A stretch of DNA of 63,988 nt, counting the filler, from Octopus bimaculoides (Eukaryota), in the NCBI RefSeq assembly GCF_001194135.2. It is 10 parts of 8 records of this genome, joined end to end, with 100 filler letters (N's around TTAATTAATTAA, not from the genome) between each part and the next. Parts side by side here need not be neighbours in the genome. Positions count along the whole stretch, not along the records: positions 1 to 8,966 come from NC_068987.1; positions 9,067 to 16,658 come from NC_069002.1; 8 more parts are not named here. One strand, given 5' to 3'. How positions within the stretch are numbered: the stretch's first letter is position 1; every line of letters begins with the position of its first letter. Under the pieces are notes generated by a model. The model was not told the origin of the DNA. It was given only the letters and a program-made list of their open reading frames with translations, and ran no database searches. Made by a program: the position numbers and the translations under genes. This document shows, in pieces, positions 1-12,322 of the stretch.

Positions 1-159
1 GACTTCATCTGTCTTCCTTCCAGGGTTGACAAAATAAGTACCAGTTGAGCTGGGGTCAATGTAATTGACAAGACCCACCATCCTTAAAACTTTCAGGGCT
101 TCTACCTATAGCAGAAAAGATTATAATAATTATTATTATTATTATTATTATTATTGTTA

Positions 160-528
160 TTACCTCTGCCTTAGCGAAGGCGGAGGTATTGTTTTCAGTT
201 ATGTGTGTTTGTTTGTCTGTGGACAAGATATCTCAAGAACTGCTGGATGGATTCAGATGAAACTTTCAGGGATGTTTGGCCTCATGACTGACACAAACCG
301 ATTAGATTTTGGGATCAATTTGGCACCGGACAAGGATTCTGAATTATTTTTTCTGGTTTTTTTTAACTTAATATTTGAGAGTGTTGGGTTCATTGTTTAG
401 TTTTCTCGTTTGTGAGAGTAGTCGAGATTATTTCAGATATTCTCATTTTAAAAATCATCTCCGGCTGATCGTTGAGAGAATGTTGGTGTTGCCTTGGCAG
501 AGGTTTGCACTCTCTGAGTGTTCTTGTT
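160..528 (+). mobile_element. Non-autonomous Helentron/HINE (DINE-1-like) element in a (TAT)n tract
   Basis: 5' hairpin acctctgcc...ggcggaggt; subterminal inverted repeat ggcagaggt at 496-504; 3' hairpin cactc-tct-gagtg; T-rich flanks. Confidence 0.6.
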
Positions 529-552
529 ATTATTATTATTATTATTTTCATT

Positions 553-985
553 ATAAAGTTGGGAAGCTGACAGAATGGTTAGCACGCTGGACGAAATGCT
601 TAGTAGTATTTCACTCATCACTACATTCTGAGTTCAAATTCTGCCGAGGTTGACTTTGCCTTTCATCCTTTCAGGGTTGATAAAAATAAGTACCAGTGAA
701 ACACTGGGGTCAACTAGTCTCCTCCCCACAAATTTGAGGCCTTGTGCCTATAGTAGAAAGCATTATCATTATTATTATTATTATTAAGGTGGTAACCAGG
801 CTGAACTGTTAATGAATTGGACTAAATGCATAGCAGCAGTTCCTCGTGGCTCCTTATGTTTGAGTTCCAATGTCACCAAGGTCAACTTTGCCTTCCACCC
901 TTTCAGGGTTGATAAAATAAAGTACCAATAAAGTACCAGGGTCAACTTTTGCACCAGGGTCAACAATTGACTGTCACCAACAAAA
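553..985 (+). mobile_element. Two tandem tRNA-derived SINEs (family B, (TTA)n tail); a third partial copy lies at 1-125
   Basis: Shared gagttcaaatt B-box, gttgactttgcc...gtaccag core and agaaag-(tta)n 3' end. Confidence 0.75.
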
Positions 986-2661
986 TACANNNNNNNNNNN
1001 NNNNNNNNNNNNNNNNNNNNNNNNNNNNNNNNNNNNNNNNNNNNNNNNNNNNNNNNNNNNNNNNNNNNNNNNNNNNNNNNNNNNNNNNNNNNNNNNNNNN
1101 NNNNNNNNNNNNNNNNNNNNNNNNNNNNNNNNNNNNNNNNNNNNNNNNNNNNNNNNNNNNNNNNNNNNNNNNNNNNNNNNNNNNNNNNNNNNNNNNNNNN
1201 NNNNNNNNNNNNNNNNNNNNNNNNNNNNNNNNNNNNNNNNNNNNNNNNNNNNNNNNNNNNNNNNNNNNNNNNNNNNNNNNNNNNNNNNNNNNNNNNNNNN
1301 NNNNNNNNNNNNNNNNNNNNNNNNNNNNNNNNNNNNNNNNNNNNNNNNNNNNNNNNNNNNNNNNNNNNNNNNNNNNNNNNNNNNNNNNNNNNNNNNNNNN
1401 NNNNNNNNNNNNNNNNNNNNNNNNNNNNNNNNNNNNNNNNNNNNNNNNNNNNNNNNNNNNNNNNNNNNNNNNNNNNNNNNNNNNNNNNNNNNNNNNNNNN
1501 NNNNNNNNNNNNNNNNNNNNNNNNNNNNNNNNNNNNNNNNNNNNNNNNNNNNNNNNNNNNNNNNNNNNNNNNNNNNNNNNNNNNNNNNNNNNNNNNNNNN
1601 NNNNNNNNNNNNNNNNNNNNNNNNNNNNNNNNNNNNNNNNNNNNNNNTACTCAACCCAAGCTGCATAAATACTCTCTTATCACTCTTGCCATTTGAAATG
1701 CTGTGAACCAGCTGCTGTAGTCTTATCAGAAACCAATGACATTATTGTTCACAAAATGCACAATAAATAACAATAACAATAAGTTGGATTTGTTTGCTTC
1801 CCCTCTTAATCTACACAAACATTCTATTCTACCCAGCTGACTCTGACCCATCTTAATTTAATCTAATTCCATTTGATTTCATTGTAATTTATTGCTTTCC
1901 CTTCTCTCTTCCTTTTGTCACTGCGTAAAACCCACCTAAGTCGCCCATCTCTCTTCCTTATTGCTTTGACTCTGACATTGTCCTGATGGATATCTACCTA
2001 TTCCGTCCTATCTACTCCACCTCATTAAAGTTGGCTTGTAGCCCAAGTTGTTGTATTCTGTTTTGGAAACCACCAGCATGGTTTCCATTTCCCAATGTTT
2101 CAGCTTTCATTTCCTGATGTTTCCTTATCCACGGTGTGCCTGCCCTTGCCTGTCACCATCATCTATACCAGAAACCTTTCACGGCAACCCGTTTCTCCTA
2201 CCTCCATCAGTAGTGGCTCCCTCACTGCTGCAATACAAGCACAGTAGCTTGCTAATTTGCATCAAAGAAAACAAAACTGAACATGACTATGCAGTACTTA
2301 ATTTAATTGTTTTGTTAATTAATCAGCCAATTATCCATATCTAATGAATTAACTACCCTTATCTTATCTATTTATCTAACTTGCCTGCACTTGTATTTAC
2401 ATTGCTTTGTACTAATGCTGGCATATGGCACCCACCACCAACGGAGGTGACAATAATTAATGCATGTATTTACTTGTATCTCTACTAATACTACTTGTAC
2501 TAATGCTCGAATAGCACCCACTTCCAGTGGAGGCAGCAGTGTAACATGAATGATGATGGATTAAATGTGAGGACAACTGCTATGACATGTCTGTTGACAA
2601 ACAGATGCCAAAAGCCGCAGTTCCCCATCCCCATGTTACCACCTGCCTCCTCTTACATTCC

Positions 2662-2950
2662 CTCAGATTTGGCACTATCAATGTAGGTACATTGAAAGGT
2701 AGGTCTGGTGAGATTGGTGAAATGCTTGAATAGCGACATGTTGATGTGTGTTGCATCCAAGAAGTGAGATGGAGTGGAGCTTCAGCCAGGTTCCTCACTA
2801 GCAATAGGCATAGGTATAAATTCTTCTGAAAGGGGCAATGGAGTAGGAGCTGTTGGCATACCTCTAGCAGAGGAATGGGTAAATAAGGTAATTGAGGTAG
2901 CTAAAGTATGTGCTAAAGTACTTAAGCTTAGACTAGTTTTGCAGAGTAGC
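2662..2950 (+). pseudogene. RTE-clade LINE apurinic-like endonuclease fragment
   Basis: LRFGTINVGTLKGRSGEIGEMLE*RHVDVCCIQEVRW...GNGVGAVGI, with stops and a frameshift. Confidence 0.8.
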
Positions 2951-3485
2951 ACACCCTAACCAGGTCTGTCAGATGAACAAAAGATGAAAACTGAAAGAAG
3001 CCTATCATGTGTGTGTATGTGTTTCCACCATCGATTGACAACCAGTGTTGGTTTGTTTATGTTTCCATAACTTAGCGATTTGGCAAAATAGATTGATAGA
3101 ATATGTGTCATACTTGAAAAAGTGGTTATTGGTCAACTAAACCCTTTGAGATGGTGCCCTAGCATGGCCACAGTCCAAATAACAAATAAACAATAAAAAC
3201 AATTACATATAATATATATAAAAGGCATAAATCTATGACTTACTTGTTTTTCTTGCGAGGTCCCTTCAAAAGTGTCAGGCATGATGTGACCAAGAATAGC
3301 AAATTGATTAACGCAGTCTTTTAATATAGTGACCAAATATATGGACTCCAAACTTTTGATTTTCACAATGGAACTAAAAACAAAATAACAAAAAGTAAAA
3401 CAGAGATGTTATCAGAGTAAAGATTGTTTGCCAACATAACATGGCAGTCCTGGTTTAGGACGAATGTTGCTGTAATTTAGCCCCA

Positions 3486-3779
3486 GGAGACATCGTCTCC
3501 AATGGCTTTCCAACACGATCTGTGTCCTTATATTTTCAAACAAGGGAATCTAGCCCCCCCCCCACCACCACCACCACCACCACTCAGCTCAAAACAATAT
3601 CTGTGTATCGCAATTTCCAGGTTATTTCCCGAACAATTATTCTGTGCTGATGAAGGGAAATAACTCAGAAATCATGATACACAGATATTGTTTTGAGCTG
3701 AGTGGGGGTGCTAGATTCCCTTGTTTGAAAATATAAGGACACAGATCGTGTCGCATTGCCAGCTGGAGACGATGTCCCC
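3486..3779. repeat. Head-to-head inverted repeat (arms about 125-145 bp) around a hammerhead motif, resembling a Penelope pseudo-LTR
   Basis: 3486-3609 is the reverse complement of 3676-3779, with a (CCA)n expansion in the left arm. Looser pairing continues inward to 3630/3655. Confidence 0.85.
3641..3685 (+). ncRNA. Minimal type I hammerhead ribozyme motif
   Basis: UCUGUG CUGAUGA A GGG-AAAUAA-CUC A GAAA U CAUG A UA / CACAGA. It has a 6-bp helix I, a palindromic AUCAUGAU helix III and an AUA triplet; positions 10.1/11.1 are an A-A mismatch. Confidence 0.65.
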
Positions 3780-3937
3780 ACAGATATCATTATGGTTTCG
3801 ACACCTAGGTAGTACCATTCAATCCGGCAATGTCAACAGCACTAAAGTAAGTGTTGTTTGGGAACGAAACACACACGCTCATATATGTGTGTGTGTGTGT
3901 GTGTGTGTATATGTATGTATGTATATATATATATATG

Positions 3938-3983
<46 letters not shown>

Positions 3984-5156
3984 CATGTGTATCTTTGTGT
4001 CTGAGTTTGTCTCTCCACTACTGCTTGATGACTGGTGTTGGTTTGTTTACATCTCTGTAACTTACCAGTTCAACAAAAGAAACTGATAGGATAAGTAACA
4101 ATCTAAGAGCTGGAGTTGATTTGTTCACCTAAAATTCATCAGCTGGGGTTGATTTNNNNNNNNNNNNNNNNNNNNNNNNNNNNNNNNNNNNNNNNNNNNN
4201 NNNNNNNNNNNNNNNNAAGAAGAGTCAACCTCATTCTTTGACCAGTTCTTTATTGTTTAACGCTAAAAGACAAAACTGACCACTATGCCATTCAAATTCA
4301 GAGAAGTGAAACCTGTCACAATTACCACAAGGTATTCCATCAGATTCTCTAATATATTTCTGCTAATTTACCATTTTCTTATAGGTAAGAACAAACAAAA
4401 TTAAATACATTATCAAAGTTTTCTTTTCTGAGAATTTTCCAAGTTTTATCTAATGAAATTAGATAAAACTTGTTTTTCTGACTAATTATATATATATATT
4501 TCTTTATCCTAGTTATTTTTGGTTATTATTATTTTTATTTTTATTTTCTAATTAGCTTTTTCTAATAATATAATTTCAGCTAATCTTTGAAGTAATTTAA
4601 TTTAGCAAGTTGCTAGAACTTGCACTGAATCATTGATACAGAAATATTACCCTTGAACATTTTTAAGTTTGAACTTCTAAGAAATTACGAAAACCACTGA
4701 TTGGATTAGTTGCATTTCAGATTTAGAATCTACTAATCTAGACTCAAAAATTTGTTGTCATTCATTTTGTATTTTGTTTTGTTTTTTCCTTCATTACTTC
4801 ATCAGGAGAAAGTGAAAAGTCACTGACCTTTTTCTTAGAATCTTATGCTTCAGGAAAAGAAACCCATTTATCAGACATCTATTGTTTCTTCCTTTATCTT
4901 TTACTTGTTTCAGCCACTGGACTGTGGCCATGCTGGGACACCTCCTTCAAGAGTTTAGTCAAACAAATCACACACCCCACCAAGTACTTATATTTAAGTC
5001 TGGACTTATTCTATTGGTCTCTTTTGCTAAACCACTTAGCTATGGAGACATAAAAAGACCCTGCCCCATATATATACATATATATATAGGCGTAGGTGTG
5101 GCTGTGTGGTTCCAGGTTCAATCCCACTCTGCAGCACCTTGGGCAAGGGTCTTTTA

Positions 5157-6216
5157 TTAGGTTGTTCCGAAAATAATGGCCACTTTAAGTGTTGTGTTTT
5201 GAAACACAATTTTATCATAGTATTTTACTTATATTTTAGGTGAATTTCAACATACTTTATAATTGATGTATGCTCTTTAATAATGTTCTGCTTATTTCAG
5301 ACAGAAAACATTCTTGAAACATAGGCACCTTTAAATATGAACATGACAAAAAAGGACCTTCGCTTATTCTTCTTGCATGAGTTCAAGCTTGGGCACAATG
5401 TCTCCCAAACTGCTGCCAATATCAACAGAGCATGGGGAGAAGGGTCCACAAGTGATTGCACAGTACGAAGGTGGTTTCAGAAATTCCAGAGTGGTGATGA
5501 GAGTTTTGAAGATGAAGAAGGTAGAGGATGGTCATGCAATCTGGATAATGAACAAGTGAAAGCAATTGTTGAACAAAACCCATGTCAAAGTGTCAGAGAA
5601 GTGTCTCAGGCACTTGATGTTAGTATTGCAATGGTCTCATGCAATCTACAGAAGATTGGTAAGGTGGAAAAGCTCAATAAATGGGTACCACATAAACTCA
5701 ATGAAAATCAAAAACTTTGGCGTTTTGAAGTGTGCTCAATGTTCTTTCTGTGAAACACTAATGATCCTTTTCTTGACCGAATAGTCACTTGTGACGAAAA
5801 GTGGATCCTTTATGATAACCATAAACAATCAGGTCAATGGCTTGATCGTGATGAGCCCCCAAACATTTCCCAAAGCCAAAGATTATGGTAACTGTCTGGT
5901 GGTCTGCAATTTGTGTTGTCCATTACAGCAGAGATTTACTGCAATCAATTCGCTGAAATGCATGCTCACTTGCAAAAACTGAAATCGGTGTGGCCTAATT
6001 CTGCTCCACGATAATGCAAAGCCACATGTTGCAAGAATGATGCTGCAGAGACTCACAGACTTGGAATACGAGACTTTACCACATCCTCCATATTCTCCTG
6101 ATCTTTCCCCCACTGACTACCATTTTTTTAAGCATTTAAACACGTTTTTAAGTGATAAAACTTCCAGGTCCAAACCAGAGATGGAATCAGCTTTCAAAGA
6201 TTTATTAGCATCAAAG
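5157..6216 (+). mobile_element. mariner (DD34D) transposon, defective; 3' end lost in a gap
   Basis: TA followed by the TIR ttaggttgttccgaaaataatggcc. HTH N-terminus from 5337, WVPHKL, TCDEKW, and HDNAKPH...YSPDLSPTDY with 34 residues between the last two D. Stop at 5751 and frameshifts. Confidence 0.92.
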
Positions 6217-6273
6217 NNNNNNNNNNAACTAAAGCCTTGTGAGTGGATTTGGTAGAGGGAAACTGAAAGAAGC

Positions 6274-6318
<45 letters not shown>

Positions 6319-7234
6319 ATGGTAAGAAACTTGCTTCCCAACCACGTGGTTCCGGGTTCAGTCCCACTGCATGGCACCTTGGGCAAGTGTTTTCTGCTAT
6401 AGCCTCAGGCCAACCAAAGCTTTGTGAGTAGATTTGGTAGACGGAAACTGAAAGAAGTCCATCATGTGTGTGTGTGTTTGTGTGTGTGTTTGTCACCCCA
6501 CCATTGCTTAACAACCGATGTTGGTGTGTTTACGTCGCCATAACTTAGTAGTTCAGCAAACTTTCTGGATATGATAAAGTTATACTGCACTAAATGCCGT
6601 TATTCTTTGATTCTTTTCTTCCTACACAGAGGCACAAAATTCCAACATCTTAAATATGATAAATCTCAGTATTTCATTTGTCTGTATTCCTTAAAAGTGT
6701 TCCCTGCAGAAAAGAGCCACAATGAGGGACAATCTTCTACTATTTCTTGCACTCAAAAAAACCATTCACAGGAATCTTATTGAAATAACCTGTGATTGGT
6801 CAGTAAGAATCCTATTTAAACACAATTAACTATCATATGTAATAATCAACTATCATTAACAAATACATGTAATAATTAAAAAATAAAATTAATTGCTCAG
6901 TTTAATCAAATATCTACAGGTAGTTCTTACTTTCTGAACTTCCAATTTACACATTTACATCTTTACAAGAAATTTTTGTGATAAAATTTAAAAAATAAAG
7001 TTTCATAATTTTTTTAAAACCTGTATGCATCTCAACGCATGTTGCCTAAAAATGACATACAAGGGAATGTGCCTATCAGCTGAGCCAGAGGAAAAAATTA
7101 CAGCATTGAAAGTCAGCAGCCCATAGCTTTCCTTGCTCAGCACTGGTTATAGGAAGTTTCACCATAAACATTTTTAACACAGACAAATTCAGCATAAAAA
7201 TTTTTTTTTAAATTACAAAAAGAAAAATATTAAC

Positions 7235-7655
7235 TGGCCGTTGCCAGTACTACCTGACTGGCCTTCGTGCCGGTGGCACGTAAAAGCACCCACTACACTC
7301 TCGGAGTGGTTGGCGTTAGGAAGGGCATCCAGCTGTAGAAACTCTACCATACATATGACTGATTTCCTATCCACCACATGGTCTATTTCCAGTCCTTCAC
7401 ATGGTTAATTTCCTGTTCACCATGCAGTATTTTCCAACTAACTTTTACCCATATACCAACATCAAACCACGACACCGTGTGATCTTTCTTGACCAATCAT
7501 AACATGGCAGTCCTGGTTTAGGACGAATGTTGAAACTCTGCCAAATTAGATTGGAGCCTGGTGTAGAGATCTGGTTCGCTAGTCCTCAGTCAAATCGTCC
7601 AACCCATGCTAGCATGGAAAGCGGACGTTAAATGATGATGATGATGATGATGATG
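7235..7655 (+). mobile_element. RTE-type LINE 3' tail ending in (GAT)n, interrupted by an insert of about 180 bp
   Basis: Matches the uninterrupted minus-strand copy at 36931-37232 (ggcgttaggaagggcatccagctgtagaaactctgccaaat...ggacgttaaa(tga)n). Confidence 0.75.
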
Positions 7656-8139
7656 CAACTTCATCTGCTAACCTTCCAATTACAGAAAGGTAATTTCTTT
7701 AAAATGAGTTTTCTAGTTTACAGTCTGCTTCCTCTATGGTGAAATTTCCTCAGGCAAATTTTCCAAAGGGCAAAATATTTTAAGGTGAATTTTCTGGATA
7801 TGGCTTAGTGCCATCATATTTACTCTAATTCAATGTTCTGTTCCCAACGAACATTAATGAGACGTTTTCCAAGAGTGCCTCTCTTTGTTAATGATTTCTA
7901 TGGAATAAAAATAATAACTCCCACTAAACAAGCTATTGATTAATGAGTGTTAATTAGAAATGAGAACTACTTGTCTGCATGAACACCCAAGTACAAACGA
8001 GCTGAGAGAAAAACTGGGTATAAGAGGAATCAGGTGTAATATGTAAGAGAGAAAGAGAGGGAGAGAGAGAGAGAGAAGGCTGTGCTGGTCTGAACATGTG
8101 GTGTGCATGGAGGATGAGTGCTATATAAGGAAGTATTGA

Positions 8140-8490
8140 GTACTGAGGATACCCCCTTCGGTCATGACTGACCATGGGATTGCACCTACAAAGTTACCCT
8201 CCCAGGTACAAGTCCCGGCAAGGTGGTTTATGGAAGGCCAGCAGTCGCCCATGCATACCAGCCTCCCCTCTCTATGCCACTGATGTTATCCAAGGGAAAG
8301 GCAAAGGGGCCGATACAGCTTGGCACCAGTGATCTTGCAACTCATTTCTACAGCTGAGTGAACTGAAGCAACGTGAAATAATGAGTCATGCTCAAGAACA
8401 CAACATGCAGCCCTATCTGGGAATCAAACTCACAACCTCACAATCATAAGCTCGATACTCTAACCACTGAGCCATGCGCTTTCACTGAGT
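8140..8490 (-). mobile_element. tRNA-derived SINE (family D)
   Basis: Minus-strand head gcgcatggctcagtggttagag...gagtttgattcc; body collinear with 60863-61205. Confidence 0.75.
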
Positions 8491-8651
8491 CCTACAAGTA
8501 AATGAAACCTGTTGAAGAAGGAGGCCAAAGAAGAGTTGGTTAGCCCAAGGCTATAGCAGAAGACACTTGCCCAAGGTGTCATGCAGTGGGACTGAACCAA
8601 GAACCATGTGGTTGGGAAGCAAGCTTCTTACCACACAGCCAAGCCTGTGCC

Positions 8652-8966
8652 TGACTGGTGTAGCAGCACCATAGTCAACTGCTACAAAGGTAAAGGTGAC
8701 GCTTTAGATACAAATAATTACAGAGGCATCAAGCTGTTAGATCAGGTTATGAAAGTTACGAAGAGGGTCATAGCCCAACTAATTAGGGAGCGAATCAATT
8801 TAGATGAGATGCAGTTTAGGTTTGTGCCAGGTAAAAGCACCACTGATGCCGTATTTCTAGTGAGACAGCTGCAGGAGAAATACCTAGCCAAGGATAAACC
8901 TCTGTACCTGGCCTTCATTGACATGGAGAAAGCCTTTGACAGGGTCCCCCGATCCCTTATCTGGTG
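8652..8966 (+). pseudogene. RTE-clade reverse transcriptase fragment
   Basis: YKGKGDALDTNNYRGIKLL...QFRFVPGKSTTDAVF...LAFIDMEKAFDRVPR. Confidence 0.9.
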
Positions 8967-9010
8967 NNNNNNNNNNNNNNNNNNNNNNNNNNNNNNNNNN
9001 NNNNNNNNNN

Positions 9011-9022
9011 TTAATTAATTAA
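9011..9022. other. Assembly gap marker TTAATTAATTAA between 44-N spacers; also at 16703, 19347, 37277, 40912, 49951, 56207, 61299 and 62893
   Basis: Identical 12-mer centred in N blocks of about 100 bp (44+12+44 counted at 8967-9066), nine times; stop codons in all six frames. Confidence 0.92.
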
Positions 9023-9075
9023 NNNNNNNNNNNNNNNNNNNNNNNNNNNNNNNNNNNNNNNNNNNNTTTATACAC

Positions 9076-9112
<37 letters not shown>

Positions 9113-10022
9113 CATATATATATACATATATATATATATACATACTATATACTTCACTGCTATATCTCTCTCTTACTCTCCCTTCCTGTCTCTCGTCGCT
9201 CACCTATGTTCAAATTCCTTCCTTTTCCTCTCTCTACCACTCCTCCTGGATCACACGTGACCTGTGGTCACCCGTTCCTTTCTCCATTCGGCCAGCATAA
9301 AGGCAGCACGAACTGCTATCTCTCTCTGCTCAAGTTCGTCACATCACAGCGTTCAGTATCTCATCTCGTTCGGCTTAACGGCCCTCAACGTTGTTTTCAC
9401 TGTTTAGTTTTCCCTGTTTTGGTTTCTGTTTGCCACTTTGGAATCCTCCGCATAGCAGGTTTTATTTAATTTGCTTTGCGGGAAAAGCTATTCTAAGAGG
9501 GCGTTCTGCCTCATCTTCGAAACGCCTAGTTTAGAAATGAGGCAGCTGGGTGAAGGAAAAGTTCCATACGTGGCTTGTNNNNNNNNNNNNNNNNNNNNNN
9601 NNNNNNNNNNNNNNNNNNNNNNNNNNNNNNNNNNNNNNNNNNNNNNNNNNNNNNNNNNNNNNNNNNNNNNNNNNNNNNNNNNNNNNNNNNNNNNNNNNNN
9701 NNNNNNNNNNNNNNNNNNNNNNNNNNNNNNNNNNNNNNNNNNNNNNNNNNNNNNNNNNNNNNNNNNNNNNNNNNNNNNNNNNNNNNNNNNNNNNNNNNNN
9801 NNNNNNNNNNNNNNNNNNNNNNNNNNNNNNNNNNNNNNNNNNNNNNNNNNNNNNNNNNNNNNNNNNNNNNNNNNNNNNNNNNNNNNNNNNNNNNNNNNNN
9901 NNNNNNNNNNNNNNTGTATGTATATGTATGTATATGTATGTATAAAATATATTTGCCGACTAAATGTGATGAAAATACCAATACATACAGCTTTAAATGC
10001 GATCGCAAACAACAACAACAGC

Positions 10023-10055
<33 letters not shown>

Positions 10056-10585
10056 AACAACAACAACAACAACAACAATAATAATAATAATAATCCTTTC
10101 TACTAAAGGCACAAGGCCTGAAATTTTGCGGGAGGGAAGTTGTCGATTACATTGACCCCAGTGTTTCACTGGTACTCAAAACAAAAAATTGGCAGAGCAC
10201 CTCAAAAACATACGTCCTGAAGGTATCGAGAAGCTACTTGGGCATGTCAAACAATTGAAGAAGAGAGTTCGAATTCACTTATTCAAGTATCAGTCAGAAA
10301 CCAGCAAAAAGGAGCACGAAATCGAAGTTTGTAAAGAACTTATTATTTTTTTTAATCGCAAATGAATCTCGACCGCAAACTTACGTTTGTGTAGAGTTAT
10401 TGATGTCAGCCATTGGACCATATCTGTGGATAATGTAAAACAAGAAAAAGAACAGAGGCAAGTCCTGGGCATAGAACACGGTTTATAGAGGTTACTAGAT
10501 GTGAGGGTTACTGGTAGAGGGTTACTGGTAGAGGGTTACTGGTACACAAAGTACTGGGTATAGAGGGCCCTCGGTTTAGAGGGTT

Positions 10586-11120
10586 GGGTATTGATGGCTG
10601 TGTGGTTAAGAAGATCGATTTGCAGCCTCGTGGGTTCGAGTCCAGTACCACTGCGCGGCATCGTGGGTAAATGTCTTCTACTATGGCCTAGAGCCGACCA
10701 ATGCCTTGTGAGGGAATGTCACTGAAGGAAACTGTGTGGAAGCCCGTTTGACATACATGCATACATGCACACGTACATGTACATGTTTGTATGTGTGTGT
10801 GCGTGTGCGAGTGTGCGTGTGCGAGTGTGTGTGTGTGCGCGAGTGAATGTGTGTGCCTGTGCGAGTATGTGTGTGTGTGTGTGCGTGCGAGTGCATGTGT
10901 GTGTGCGTGCGAGTGTGTGTGTGTTTGTCTTCACCGCTTTTCGACCGGTGTTGATTTGTTTACATCCCCGTAACTCAGCGGTTCGGCAAAAGAGACCCGA
11001 CGGAATAAGTACAAGATTTAAAGAAATGAGTCCTGGAGTCGATTTGTTAAACTAAGACCCTTGAAGGCAGTGCCCCAGCTTGGCCGCAGTCCAGAGACTG
11101 TCACAAGTAAAAGGTAAACG
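10586..11120 (+). mobile_element. SINE family A, diverged, with internal (GT)n
   Basis: ggctgtgtgg head, ggttcgagtcc B-box, internal microsatellite and the family's 3' tail. Confidence 0.7.
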
Positions 11121-11508
11121 ATTAAGATTAAAGGAGGATCCGTGTGTAATGTCCTGAATATAGAGAAGAGTTCCAAGTCTTTATTCTCACTGATATTGTC
11201 GTCGTTCACACCATTCTGGGATTCGTCTCACCATTATCGCTAGAATTTCCATTGTCTTGCCTGGTTTGTCTTCGGTCAACACTCTCCCAACAACGCCATG
11301 CAAACTAATCTCAGTGTCTCCAGACCATGGCTAACACCGTCACCAGAGTCTTCGATTGAGACAGACTTAAACAATATCTAAATGAAAACCTTAACTGTTT
11401 AATTAGAAAGCCAGACTTAATTAGTTAATTTGGAGATTTAATGAATTGAAATGTGGAAACAGGTTTTGTGGTTTTCTCGGAGGTTTAAAGGACAGATGAG
11501 CCAGTCAT

Positions 11509-12322
11509 CTACTCATGGTGCTCTAATCGATTCCTTTGACTGCTCCAGCAAGTAGGACAAGCCTGAGGCAACTGTGTGAACTGGAGGCGGAAAACATGGA
11601 AATCAGTGTCGGGACAAAACGGTCCTGGGTTTTCGGAAATTTTCTCAGTAAATCCCAATTCAGGAATTAAATTCAAATTCTTGCCATTCTGAACACAGAA
11701 ACCGTTCAAAGAAAAATTTTTCTTTAATCTTTTCTCGAGAAAAACCCCAAACGGCAATCCATCCGTGGCAAGGGCGTTGGCCATTTGACATGTCTTGGCA
11801 GAGAGTTTCATCATAGCCAGTTCTGCATTTGATACGTGACCTGGGTATTTCTGTTTAGGGGTTAGATTACTGAACACTGTTTCTTTAGAATGGGGCGAGG
11901 AAACTTGGCTATGGACAACAGGTTTTTCTTCAAGAGTAACAGATGGAATCAAGAGAGTATTGTAGTTAGACCATGATGGAAATCTCAAAGTAGACATGAC
12001 AGTACTTCCAGGAATTGCGTCGTTGTTGGGATCAGGTAGTTTAGAATTTTCGGTGGAATTCGTGCGATAATTCTCGATTCCAACACGTTCGGTTGTGTTG
12101 GAATAATCGAATGCCTTGCAGTCAGCAACGCTGCCATTCTTTACCGAAGAAATAACTATTTTGTCGATATTCCCGGGAATATTACTGTCTTTAGCAACGG
12201 TGCTACTGCAGACAACTTGAAGAACATTCAAGTCTTTCGAAATCGTAGAATTAATGGCATTGGTATTTGTCACATCGTTTTCATCATTTTCTGATAGCTG
12301 AGTCTCATTTCCGGATAACTGT
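11509..12322 (-). CDS. Candidate coding exon (about 270 codons, S/N/T-rich), possibly a 3' exon of the taperin-like gene
   Basis: Long open frame preceded by a strong polypyrimidine acceptor (ttttttttttccag at 12324-12323); stop at 11509-11511. It starts in phase 2, so it cannot join directly to the phase-0 donor at 21009. No recognised domain. Confidence 0.55.

Noticed and set aside
4780-4812. Minus-strand CUGAUGAAGUAAUGAAGGA resembling the 17 kb element
   Set aside because: No GAAA or helix III follows; at most a short remnant.
10495-10545. 14-bp tandem repeat containing GGGTTA (telomere-like)
   Set aside because: The unit is gagggttactggta, not a TTAGGG array; an ordinary short tandem repeat.
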